NCBI GenBank assembly: GCA_030598395.1
Contig: JAUVPZ010000001.1
Location: 1 to 46,387 of the forward strand
DNA: 46,387 bases
From: Miltoncostaeaceae bacterium
GTDB lineage: Bacteria > Actinomycetota > Thermoleophilia > Miltoncostaeales > Miltoncostaeaceae
Reading direction: 5' to 3'
In this document: piece by piece, positions 36,458 to 44,184 of the stretch
Position numbering within the stretch: position 1 is the stretch's first letter
How the letters are laid out: each line of letters opens with the position of its first letter
Notes under the pieces: generated by a model
The model's input: only the letters and a program-made list of their open reading frames with translations
What the model was told of the DNA's origin: nothing
The model's database searches: none
Translations under genes and position numbers: made by a program

Positions 36458-36982
36458 TCAGATGCTGCTGAGCAGAATCAGCACCACCACGCCGCCGATC
36501 AGGCCGATGACGCCCAGCACCACGCCGGCCAGTGCCATGCCCTCGCCCGCCAGCGAGGGCTCGCGGCCGGTCTCACCGCGCGCGATGACGCCGAAGATGA
36601 TCGCCAGCGTCGAGAGGATGATCGGGGCGATGATGATGCCGGCGATGCCCAGCACGAGCGAGGCCACCGCCTTGCCGCTGCGCCGGCGAGCGGCGTGGAC
36701 CCCTGGCGGAAGCGGCTGACCCACCCCGGTCGGCGGCTCGGCGGTCGGGGACTCGGCGGTCAGCGGAGCCGGCGCGTGGCCGAGGCGCTCGCGGATGCCC
36801 CCGGGCGAGGGCATCTGCCGCCATCCCTCGGCCTGCATGGTCTCAATGGCACGGCCGATGTCGTCGGCGTCCAGATCGTGGAGCACGTCGAAGTACTCGT
36901 TGGACCGCTCGGGCGTCATCGGCGGGTCGGGCCAGGCGGCGCTCATGCGCCGCGACAGCGATTGCCATTCGGTGTGCGTCAC
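36458..36982 (-). CDS. membrane-anchored protein: soluble N-terminal domain, Pro-rich linker, C-terminal DUF4190-like 2-TM hairpin
   Basis: ORF 36458..36982. GTG start lies 1 nt after the gad stop. The C-terminus ASLVLGIAGIIIAPIILSTLAIIFGVIAR...MALAGVVLGVIGLIGG is typical of DUF4190. Confidence 0.7.
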   Translation of the reverse strand: MTHTEWQSLSRRMSAAWPDPPMTPERSNEYFDVLHDLDADDIGRAIETMQAEGWRQMPSPGGIRERLGHAPAPLTAESPTAEPPTGVGQPLPPGVHAARRRSGKAVASLVLGIAGIIIAPIILSTLAIIFGVIARGETGREPSLAGEGMALAGVVLGVIGLIGGVVVLILLSSI

Positions 36983-36983
36983 G

Positions 36984-38366
36984 TCAGCAGCGCCGGCGCT
37001 GATCCTCGGGCGTGCGGCGGGCGGGCGGCGTGGGGGGCATCCCCTGCCCGGCCAGCTGATCGCAGGCGGCCATCAGGTGCCCGAACAGCGCGTCCACCTT
37101 CATGCGGCTCATGTCGTTGCGCACCACCACCCGCAGCAGCTCCACGTGCTGGGCGTTGGGCGGAAGCGTGTAGGCGGGCACGATCCAGCCGTGCTCGCGC
37201 AGCTTGTCGGAGATGTGGAACGCGTCGAAGTCGGGCTCGCCCGTGAGCCGGAACGTGACCACGGGCTCCATCAGGCCCGGGTTGAGGACCTCGAACCGCC
37301 CGCTGCCGGCGATCAGCTCGTTGAGGTGCCTGGCGTTGGCCAGCATGTTCTGGACGACCGCGGCGTACCCGGAGCGTCCGAGGCGAATGAAGTTGTAGTA
37401 CTGGGCCTGCACCATCGCGGAGCCGCGGCTGAAGTTGAACGTGTAGGTGGGCTGCGCGGCCCCGAGGTAGTTGACCGAGAACACCAGGTCCTCGGGCAGG
37501 AAGTCGCGGTCCCGGAAGACCAGCCAGCCGATGCCCGGGTAGACCAGCCCGTACTTGTGGCCGGAGGCGTTGATCGAGGCCACCTGTGCCAGGCGGAAGT
37601 CCCACAGCTCGTCCGGATGAGCGAAGGGGGCGACGAAGCCGCCGGAGGCCGCGTCGACGTGCAGCGGCACGTCCCAGCCCTTCTCGTCCTTCAACCGCGC
37701 CAGCTGGTCGTTCAGCTCGCGGATGGGGTCCGACTCGCCGATGTAGGTCGTCCCCAGCACCGCGCCCACGGCGATCGTGTGCTCGTCGACCCGCTCGACG
37801 ACGTCGTCGGGATGTAGCACGTAGTGGTCTGCACGCATCGGGATCTTGCGCGGCTCCACGTCGAAGTAGCGCGCGAACTTGTCCCACACGATGTGGGTCT
37901 CGGCGCCGAACACGATGTTGGGCCGCTGGGCCGCGGCGCCAGCCGCCTCCCGGGCCGCCCGCCAGCGGAACTTGTGCGCCAGGAGGCCCAGCATGATGGC
38001 CTCCGAAGAGCCGACCGTCGCGACGCCCACCGTGCGATCGACCGACGGGGCGTTCCACAGGTCGGCCAGCATGGCCACGCACCACTCCTCGATGCGCTGA
38101 GCGGCCGGGTACTCCTCGTGGTCGATGTGGTTGGTGCGGATCTGCTCGTGGATGAGCTCCTCGGCCTCGGGCTCCATCCAGGTGGTCACGAACGAGGCCA
38201 GGTTCATGGACGGCTGGCCGTCGATCTTGAGCCCCAGGTGGATCAGCTCGTAGGCGTCGCGCGCGGTCATCCCGCCTTCCGGGAAGCGATCGGTGGGGAG
38301 CGGCTGGGCGAAGACTCGTGCCGAGGCCGGCGTGTCGCCGGCAGCGCGGTCGGACGGCTGGGCCAT
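36984..38366 (-). CDS. gad: glutamate decarboxylase, PLP-dependent
   Basis: ORF 36984..38366, 460 aa: ...NLASFVTTWMEPEA..., PLP-lysine motif SINASGHKYGLVYPGIGW. Confidence 0.9.
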   Translation of the reverse strand: MAQPSDRAAGDTPASARVFAQPLPTDRFPEGGMTARDAYELIHLGLKIDGQPSMNLASFVTTWMEPEAEELIHEQIRTNHIDHEEYPAAQRIEEWCVAMLADLWNAPSVDRTVGVATVGSSEAIMLGLLAHKFRWRAAREAAGAAAQRPNIVFGAETHIVWDKFARYFDVEPRKIPMRADHYVLHPDDVVERVDEHTIAVGAVLGTTYIGESDPIRELNDQLARLKDEKGWDVPLHVDAASGGFVAPFAHPDELWDFRLAQVASINASGHKYGLVYPGIGWLVFRDRDFLPEDLVFSVNYLGAAQPTYTFNFSRGSAMVQAQYYNFIRLGRSGYAAVVQNMLANARHLNELIAGSGRFEVLNPGLMEPVVTFRLTGEPDFDAFHISDKLREHGWIVPAYTLPPNAQHVELLRVVVRNDMSRMKVDALFGHLMAACDQLAGQGMPPTPPARRTPEDQRRRC

Positions 38367-38418
38367 GGCTACAACCCCTCGCGTGGCGGCTGGACGGGCC
38401 GCGCAACAGTACCCGCCC

Positions 38419-38438
38419 GCGCGCGAGCTCCCGCGCGC
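38419..38438 (-). terminator. GC hairpin between the orphan gene stop and the gad start (terminator or attenuator candidate)
   Basis: GCGCGCG at 38419-38425 and CGCGCGC at 38432-38438, 6-nt loop. Confidence 0.3.
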
Positions 38439-38445
38439 CCCGGGG

Positions 38446-39084
38446 TCAGGGGTCCAGCTCGGCCAGGCCCGGCGGCAGGACGGCGCCCTCCAAGAGGAGG
38501 CGGCTGCGCGCGTGCTCCAGCGCGTAGCCGAATGCCAGCCGCGGCGCCGAGTGGCGGTCCGACTCGCGGTACCAGGCCAGGGTGCCCTCGATTCCCAGCG
38601 CCAGGGCCAGGCGACCGTCGCGGTCGGCGTCAGCGGCCAGGGCGATCACCAGCCCCATCGCCGACACCGCGATGGCCGGTCCAGGCTCCTTGTGGCGCGA
38701 GCGCAGGCGCGGCACCAGCCCGGCGCGCGTGCTGACCACGTCGGCCCGTACGGCGCCAGGCGTCGAGCCGCGCCACGGCACCACCTCCAGGGCGTCGCGG
38801 CGGCCGAAAGGCTCCAGGGACACAAGATCGCCGCGAAGCGGCCTCTCCTGGGCCTCCGAGATGCCGATCGCCAGCTTGCGCAGCGACGTGCGGTAGGAGT
38901 CCCACCACCCGATGGGCGTCCTGGCCGGGGCGAGGCACACCAACCCCAGCCCCAGGGCGAGGCGGTCGGCGCGCTCGTGCTCGGGCCAGCGCCCGGCGGC
39001 GGGCAGCAGGCTGACCGCCGCCCGGGCGGGGTCGTACATGGCCACTTCGACGGCTGCCAGTGGCGTGGTGCCGAAGATCCGCAC
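38446..39084 (-). CDS. hypothetical protein, no recognisable domain
   Basis: ORF 38446..39084. Hand check of the codons shows strong GC3 bias consistent with real coding. The start could be ATG 39039. Confidence 0.55.
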   Translation of the reverse strand: MRIFGTTPLAAVEVAMYDPARAAVSLLPAAGRWPEHERADRLALGLGLVCLAPARTPIGWWDSYRTSLRKLAIGISEAQERPLRGDLVSLEPFGRRDALEVVPWRGSTPGAVRADVVSTRAGLVPRLRSRHKEPGPAIAVSAMGLVIALAADADRDGRLALALGIEGTLAWYRESDRHSAPRLAFGYALEHARSRLLLEGAVLPPGLAELDP

Positions 39085-39113
39085 TCGAGCTCCCGCGGGA
39101 GGGGCCTCAGCGA

Positions 39114-39195
39114 TGCCGGAGCCGGGATTCGAACCCGGACGCCCAGTGGGCAGAGGATTTTAAGTCCCCCGCGTCTACCGTTCCGCCACTCCGGC
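39114..39195 (-). tRNA. tRNA-Leu, anticodon UAA (reads UUA), long variable arm, no encoded CCA
   Basis: Reverse complement folds as a cloverleaf: GCCGGAG-TG-GCGGAACGGTAGACGC-G-GGGGA-CTTAAAA-TCCTC-TGCCCACTGGGCGT-CCGGG-TTCGAAT-CCCGG-CTCCGGC-A. Confidence 0.9.
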
Positions 39196-39248
39196 CCAGC
39201 GCCGAACGCGGTGAGTGTGGCAGGGAACCCGCCGGGCCGGACACCCGC

Positions 39249-39530
39249 TCAACGACCGAAGGTGGCCGCCCCCGGGGTGCGGTCCACGGCGGCGAGCCGC
39301 GTCTTCTCGATGTTCCTGGCCCAGGCCTCGGGCAGGATCGGCCAGCGTTCCAGGATCTGCGCGTGCCGGATGTACCGCAGGTTCTCGCCCTTGGCGAAGA
39401 TCAGGCGGCGCTCGTCCCGCGGCGAGCGCACCTGCCGCAGGGCCTCAACCAGGCCGTCGACGGTGGCGTAGTCCACGTCATCGTCCAAGCCGTTGTCTTC
39501 GCGCTCCCGCGGCTCCTCGTGGCCCGACAT
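39249..39530 (-). CDS. hypothetical 93-aa protein, translationally close-coupled to ppx
   Basis: ORF 39249..39530. Start lies 4 nt after the ppx stop. High GC3 on hand check. Confidence 0.55.
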   Translation of the reverse strand: MSGHEEPREREDNGLDDDVDYATVDGLVEALRQVRSPRDERRLIFAKGENLRYIRHAQILERWPILPEAWARNIEKTRLAAVDRTPGAATFGR

Positions 39531-39534
39531 CGCG

Positions 39535-40494
39535 TCACAAGTCTAGTGTCTCAGGGGCAAGCGCCACGCCCGCGACGCCGTCGGGCCGAAGCGCCGCCAG
39601 CGCGACCCCGTCCAGGAGGTCCCGCTCGCTCACCGCCAGGGCGTCCTGCCCCGCCGCTTGGAGCGCCTCGGCCGTCAGCGCGGTCCCCGCAACGATGACC
39701 GGCGCGCGCGCCGGCTCAAGGCCCGGCACCGCACACCGCTCGGCCGTGGTCATCGCCGCCAGGCGCGAAAGGTGCTGCTCGACGCCCGCGGCCGACAGCC
39801 GGTGGCCGTGCACCCGCTCGGGGTCGTAGCCGCCCAGATCGATGGCGGCCAGCGTGGTAATGGTACCGGCCACGCCGAGCGCCGGGGCCGGGCCTCCGAT
39901 TTGGCGCACCGCCCCGGCCAGTAGGGGGCGCACCTCGGCGCGTAGCGCAGCGATCGCCTCGGGCGCGGGGGGGTCGCCCCACAGGCGGCGCTGGGTGCAG
40001 CGCACCGCCCCCAGCTGCAGGCTCGCCGTTCCCTCAACCCCCGTCGCGCTGCCGCGCACCAACTCGGTGCTGCCGCCGCCCACGTCCAGCACCAGGCAGG
40101 GTCCGGGCGCGTGATGCGCCAGCCGGGCGCCGGCGAACGCCAACAGCGCCTCCTCCTCGCCGGTCAGCACCCGAAGGCCGGCGCCGGTGTTGCGGCGCAC
40201 GACCTCGGCCGCCCGCGCCCTGTTGGGTGCGTCGCGAACGGCGCTGGTTCCCACCGCCGCCACCGCGCGAGGCCGAAACTCGCCGATGCGCACAGCGAAC
40301 TCGGCGAGGGTGTCATCCAGACGCCCAAGCGCGTCGGCCGCCATCGACCCGTCGGGCGCCGCGCCGCGGCGCAGCCCGATCACGACGCTGTGGCGCTCCC
40401 CCTCCGGCCCGTCGGCCCCGATCCCCTCCACCAGGAAGAGTCGCAGGGAGTTGGAGCCCACGTCCACGACGGCCAGCGGCCGGCCGCCGTTCAC
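39535..40494 (-). CDS. ppx: Ppx/GppA family phosphatase (exopolyphosphatase-like)
   Basis: 3' part of ORF 39535..40809 from GTG 40494: LAVVDVGSNSLRL...GTSAVRDA...VLDVGGGSTEL (ASKHA phosphate-binding motifs). Confidence 0.85.
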   Translation of the reverse strand: MNGGRPLAVVDVGSNSLRLFLVEGIGADGPEGERHSVVIGLRRGAAPDGSMAADALGRLDDTLAEFAVRIGEFRPRAVAAVGTSAVRDAPNRARAAEVVRRNTGAGLRVLTGEEEALLAFAGARLAHHAPGPCLVLDVGGGSTELVRGSATGVEGTASLQLGAVRCTQRRLWGDPPAPEAIAALRAEVRPLLAGAVRQIGGPAPALGVAGTITTLAAIDLGGYDPERVHGHRLSAAGVEQHLSRLAAMTTAERCAVPGLEPARAPVIVAGTALTAEALQAAGQDALAVSERDLLDGVALAALRPDGVAGVALAPETLDL

Positions 40495-40495
40495 C

Positions 40496-40837
40496 TCACC
40501 TGCCGAGGTAACGGAGCGGCGAGCGGAACGTGTCGGCGGCCTCGGCGGCGGTCTCGGCGATGGCCGACACGGCCTCGATCTGAAGCTGCAGCTCGTGGAT
40601 GGCCGCCCGGAGCTCCTCGCCGCGCTCGGGGACGGCGTCCAGCCGCTGCTGGGCGCGGTCGGTGGCCTCGGCCAGCTCGGCGGCGGCCGGAGCGATGCGT
40701 CCGTGCGCCAGGCGCGAGCGTCGCCACATGCGCAGCCCGGCGACGACGGCGGCGATGATGCCCACAAGGATGGCCGCGCCCCAGATGACCGCCGCGATGG
40801 CCACCGCATGATCCACCACGAAGTCCATGGCCGTCAT
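40496..40837 (-). CDS. small membrane-anchored coiled-coil protein
   Basis: ORF 40496..40837: one N-terminal TM helix (AVAIAAVIWGAAILVGIIAAVVAGL), then Ala/Glu-rich helices. Its stop lies 2 nt before the ppx GTG. Confidence 0.55.
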   Translation of the reverse strand: MTAMDFVVDHAVAIAAVIWGAAILVGIIAAVVAGLRMWRRSRLAHGRIAPAAAELAEATDRAQQRLDAVPERGEELRAAIHELQLQIEAVSAIAETAAEAADTFRSPLRYLGR

Positions 40838-40873
40838 TCTCTCATCAGACGCCGACTACACTGCCCGGCCGGC

Positions 40874-41854
40874 ATGGATCCCGCCCAGCTGGCCGCCGTG
40901 GCGCCCGACGCCCGCTTCGTGGCCGCCACGGAGGCCGCCGGGGAGCCGCACGTGGTGGTGGACGGGCCCCGCCTCGCCGGGACCGTGCTGGCGCTGTCGC
41001 ACTGGCCGGACGCCGACCCCCCTCCCGCGCTCGCCGCCGACACCAGCGCGGGCATCGTGGACCGCTACCTGGACGTGGACGCCGGCGGGCCAGAGGTGGA
41101 GGCGATCACGAACAACCACTTCGACGAGGACGGCCTGTTCGCCGCCTGGCTGCTGATGGAGCGCCCAGAACGCGCGACGGCGGATCGCGCGATGGCACTG
41201 GCCGCCGCCGAGGCCGGCGACTTCGGCACCTGGACCGATCCGTGGGCGCCGCGCTGCGCGCTGGCGGCCATGGCGATGGCCGAACGGGCCACGACGCCCT
41301 TTCCGGCCGTGCGAGCCGCGCTGGCCCCCCATGCCACCGGCGACCCGGCGCCGGCCATCTACAACGCGCTGCTCCCTCACACCGGCCGGCTGCTGAGCGA
41401 CCCCGAGCGCCACCGGCGCCTGTGGCAGGAGCCCTGGCGGCAGGTGCAGGACGACCGGGGCCTCTTGGAGGCCGGTGATGCCAACGTGGCAGAGGTCGAT
41501 GAGCTGGACCTGGCAATCGTGCGCTCGCCGCGCCCGCTGCATGGGATGGCCTTGCATCCGCGCATCGGCGCCATGCGGGTGCTCTGGGCGGGAGACGACG
41601 GGCACCTGGTGCTCACCTACCGCTACGAGACCTGGGTGCGCTACGCCTCGCGCCCGTTGCGACCCCGCGTCGACCTGACGCCGGTGCTGGCCGCCCTTCG
41701 GCAGGCCGAGCCACGGGCGGGCACCTGGAGGTTCGAGGGCAGCTCCGCCATGACCCCGCGGCTCTTTCTGGCCGGCCGCGGAGGCGGCCCAGCCCCCTCG
41801 GGCCTCGGCACGGAGCGCCTGGTCGAGCTGCTGGCACCGCTGCTGTCGACCTGA
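40874..41854 (+). CDS. hypothetical 326-aa protein
   Basis: 3' part of ORF 40187..41854 from ATG 40874 (MDPAQLAAVAPDARF...), divergent from the ppx operon. No confident domain call. Confidence 0.55.
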   Translation: MDPAQLAAVAPDARFVAATEAAGEPHVVVDGPRLAGTVLALSHWPDADPPPALAADTSAGIVDRYLDVDAGGPEVEAITNNHFDEDGLFAAWLLMERPERATADRAMALAAAEAGDFGTWTDPWAPRCALAAMAMAERATTPFPAVRAALAPHATGDPAPAIYNALLPHTGRLLSDPERHRRLWQEPWRQVQDDRGLLEAGDANVAEVDELDLAIVRSPRPLHGMALHPRIGAMRVLWAGDDGHLVLTYRYETWVRYASRPLRPRVDLTPVLAALRQAEPRAGTWRFEGSSAMTPRLFLAGRGGGPAPSGLGTERLVELLAPLLST

Positions 41855-41875
41855 TTCGCTGCAGGTCGTTAGATT
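41846..41875 (+). promoter_or_regulatory. candidate sigma-70-type promoter (weak -35 TCGACC, 18-nt spacer, -10 TAGATT) in a short AT-richer patch
   Basis: TCGACC at 41846-41851 and TAGATT at 41870-41875, followed by AGGAGG at 41888-41893. Confidence 0.3.
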
Positions 41876-41902
41876 ATTGGTCCCCCCAGGAGGTCGGTCG
41901 CG

Positions 41903-42013
41903 TTGACGGAAGCCGAGGAGGGCAACCGCCGGGTGCGCCAGCTCCTGCTGTCGAGTGACAACACGCTCAAGAACCGCCACGCCGCCGCCGACCGCAGCGC
42001 GCCTGCCGCCTGA
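41903..42013 (+). CDS. candidate small ORF (36 codons), TTG start 9 nt after a perfect AGGAGG
   Basis: Hand translation: (M)TEAEEGNRRVRQLLLSSDNTLKNRHAAADRSAPAA, stop at 42011-42013. Mostly G/C third positions. Below the ORF-track size cutoff. Confidence 0.4.
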   Translation: MTEAEEGNRRVRQLLLSSDNTLKNRHAAADRSAPAA

Positions 42014-42041
42014 TCGGCCGGGCACCCTGGGGCCGCCCCTG

Positions 42042-42974
42042 ATGCAGCGGCGGCTGTGTTTCGTCCTGGGGAAGGGCGGGGTGGGCAAGAGCGCCGTCTC
42101 GGCCGCGCTGGGCCTGGCCGCAGCGAGGGCCGGACGGCGGGCGCTGCTGTGTGAGGTTGCCGGGTCGGACCGCGCCTCGGCCCTGTTCGGCGCCGGCGAC
42201 GTCGACCACGAGCGCCCCGTCGAGCTGGCGCCCGGCCTGTTCGGCATCGCCATCGACGTGGACCACTCCACAGAGCGCTACCTCGCCTCGCAGCTGCGGG
42301 TGCGGCCGCTGGTGGAGCTGCTGGTACACAGCAAGGCCTTCCACCACTTCACGGCAGCCGCTCCCGGGCTGGCCGAGCTGGTCACCCTGGGCGCCATCTG
42401 GAGCCTGGCGGTCGAGCTGCGCCCAGGCGGGGAGCGCCCGGTGTGGGACTTCGTGGTGGTGGACTGCCCGGCCACCGGGCACGGCGTGGCCCTGCTCGAG
42501 ACGGCCAGCAACATCCGTGCGCTGGCCGCCCAGGGCCCCATCAGCGAGCAGTCCGAGCGCATCGAGCAGGTCATCAAGCACCCGGCCGCCACCGGCGTGG
42601 CCCTGGTCGCGCGCCCCGACGAGCTGCCGGTGAGCGAGGCGGTGGACGCCGCGGCTGCACTGCGCCGGCGCGACCTTCCCGTCGCGCTGGCCGTCATGAA
42701 CGCCATGACGCCGCAGCGGTTCAGGGATGATGAGGCGGGCGCGCTCACGGCGGCCTCGCTCGGCGCCGGCGGCGCATCTGCGGCCGCGGCAGCCGCGGCG
42801 CTGGCCCACCTCGAGCGCCAGGCCGTCGAGGCCGTCCACCTCGAGCATCTGGAGCATGGGACCGGCCTGCCGGTGCTGCAGCTTCCGCTTCTGGTGCGCC
42901 AGGAGTTCGACCTGGACGCGGTGCAGGATCTGGCCGACGCGGCGGCCTCCGGGCTGAGGTCGCTGGGCCAGTGA
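42042..42974 (+). CDS. ArsA/Get3-family ATPase, subunit 1
   Basis: ORF 41955..42974, start placed at ATG 42042: deviant Walker A FVLGKGGVGKSAV; ...VVVDCPATGH. Confidence 0.8.
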   Translation: MQRRLCFVLGKGGVGKSAVSAALGLAAARAGRRALLCEVAGSDRASALFGAGDVDHERPVELAPGLFGIAIDVDHSTERYLASQLRVRPLVELLVHSKAFHHFTAAAPGLAELVTLGAIWSLAVELRPGGERPVWDFVVVDCPATGHGVALLETASNIRALAAQGPISEQSERIEQVIKHPAATGVALVARPDELPVSEAVDAAAALRRRDLPVALAVMNAMTPQRFRDDEAGALTAASLGAGGASAAAAAAALAHLERQAVEAVHLEHLEHGTGLPVLQLPLLVRQEFDLDAVQDLADAAASGLRSLGQ

Positions 42975-44092
42975 TCGACTCGGCCCTGGCCGACCGCTGG
43001 ATCGTCGTCTGCTGCGGGGCGGGCGGTGTGGGCAAGACGACGGTGTCGGCCGCCGTCGCCCTCGGCCTCGCCAAACTGGGTCACCGCGCCGTGGTGGTCA
43101 CCATCGACCCCGCGCGGCGCCTGGGGTCGGCGCTGGGCCTCGATCACCTCGGCGACGAGCCGCGCCGGGTGAGCCCCGAGAGCATCGACGACGCCGGCCT
43201 CACGGTCCCGGGCGAGCTGTGGGCGCTGCAGCTCGACGCCAAGGCCACCTTCGATCGCCTGGTGGCGCGCAACGCGCCCACCCCCCAGGACCGCGAACGG
43301 ATCCTCGAGAACCGCATCTATCGCCACCTGTCGGGCGCGGTCGCCGGCGCCCAGGAATACATGGCCGTGGAGCGCCTGCACGAGCTGGTCGAAGACGGGC
43401 GCTTCGAGCGGATCGTGCTCGACACGCCGCCGTCGCGGAACGCGCTGGACTTCCTGGAGGCCCCCGAGCGAATCACCCGCTTCATCGAGGGCAAAGCACT
43501 CCGGCTGCTGACGCAGCCGGCCACGGGCGGCAACATCGCGGCCAGGGCCCTGCACATGGGCGGCGCGGCGGTGCTGTCGGTGCTCGAGCGGATCACCGGC
43601 GCCCAGATGCTGCGCGACGTCGCCGACTTCCTCGGCGCGTTCGACGGCATGTACGACGGCTTCGCCGAGCGCGCCGGCGAGGTGCGGGAGTTGCTGCGCA
43701 GCGACGACGCGGCGTTCGTGGTGGTCACCGCCCCCGACCCCGGGCCCACCGAGGAGGCCCTGGCGCTCGCGGAGCGGCTGGGCAAGGAGGCCTACCCGCT
43801 GCAGGGCGTGGTGCTGAACCGGGTACACGGCGCGCCGCCGGTAGGCGACCCCGCCCCGCACGAGCTGCGCGCCATCCTGGCCGATGCGGGCGCACGCCAC
43901 CCCGACGATCTGGCCGCCCGCGCTGCCGAGACCCTCGACGAGCTGCGGGCGCTGGCGCAACATGACGGCCAGGCCCGCGAGGCGTTGACGGCGGCCCTCG
44001 GCTCGCCGCTGCTCGGACAGGTGCCCGCCCTGCCCGACGAGCCCGTCGACCTGCACGGCCTCGCCAGGGTCACCGCCGCGCTTCGCACATGA
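42971..44092 (+). CDS. ArsA/Get3-family ATPase, subunit 2
   Basis: ORF 42971..44092 (GTGA overlap): CCGAGGVGKTTVSAA, ...IVLDTPPSRNALDFL. Confidence 0.8.
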   Translation: MIDSALADRWIVVCCGAGGVGKTTVSAAVALGLAKLGHRAVVVTIDPARRLGSALGLDHLGDEPRRVSPESIDDAGLTVPGELWALQLDAKATFDRLVARNAPTPQDRERILENRIYRHLSGAVAGAQEYMAVERLHELVEDGRFERIVLDTPPSRNALDFLEAPERITRFIEGKALRLLTQPATGGNIAARALHMGGAAVLSVLERITGAQMLRDVADFLGAFDGMYDGFAERAGEVRELLRSDDAAFVVVTAPDPGPTEEALALAERLGKEAYPLQGVVLNRVHGAPPVGDPAPHELRAILADAGARHPDDLAARAAETLDELRALAQHDGQAREALTAALGSPLLGQVPALPDEPVDLHGLARVTAALRT

Positions 44093-44184
44093 GCCTGCGC
44101 GTCGTCGTGGACCGCGCCAGCGCCTGGGCCGCGCTCTGCCCCTGCTCGCCGCACGCCGCCGCCCCGACCGCCGGCTGCGTCCGC

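Noticed and set aside
35900-39195. A prophage or integrative-element remnant at tRNA-Leu, suggested by the tRNA adjacency, orphan genes and a loader-like domain.
   Set aside because: There is no integrase, no direct repeat of the tRNA 3' end that I could find, and no visible shift in GC content or codon bias relative to the flanks.
38293-39471. A 392-aa plus-strand ORF running through the tRNA-Leu gene.
   Set aside because: It crosses a well-folded tRNA, is antisense to two GC3-biased minus-strand ORFs, and has a low-complexity Arg/Ala/Gly/Pro composition.
40874-41854. The HFDEDG motif in the 326-aa hypothetical protein read as DHH phosphoesterase motif I, next to ppx.
   Set aside because: The remaining DHH/DHHA1 motifs (DHH, GGGH) are not visible, and a single short motif is insufficient.
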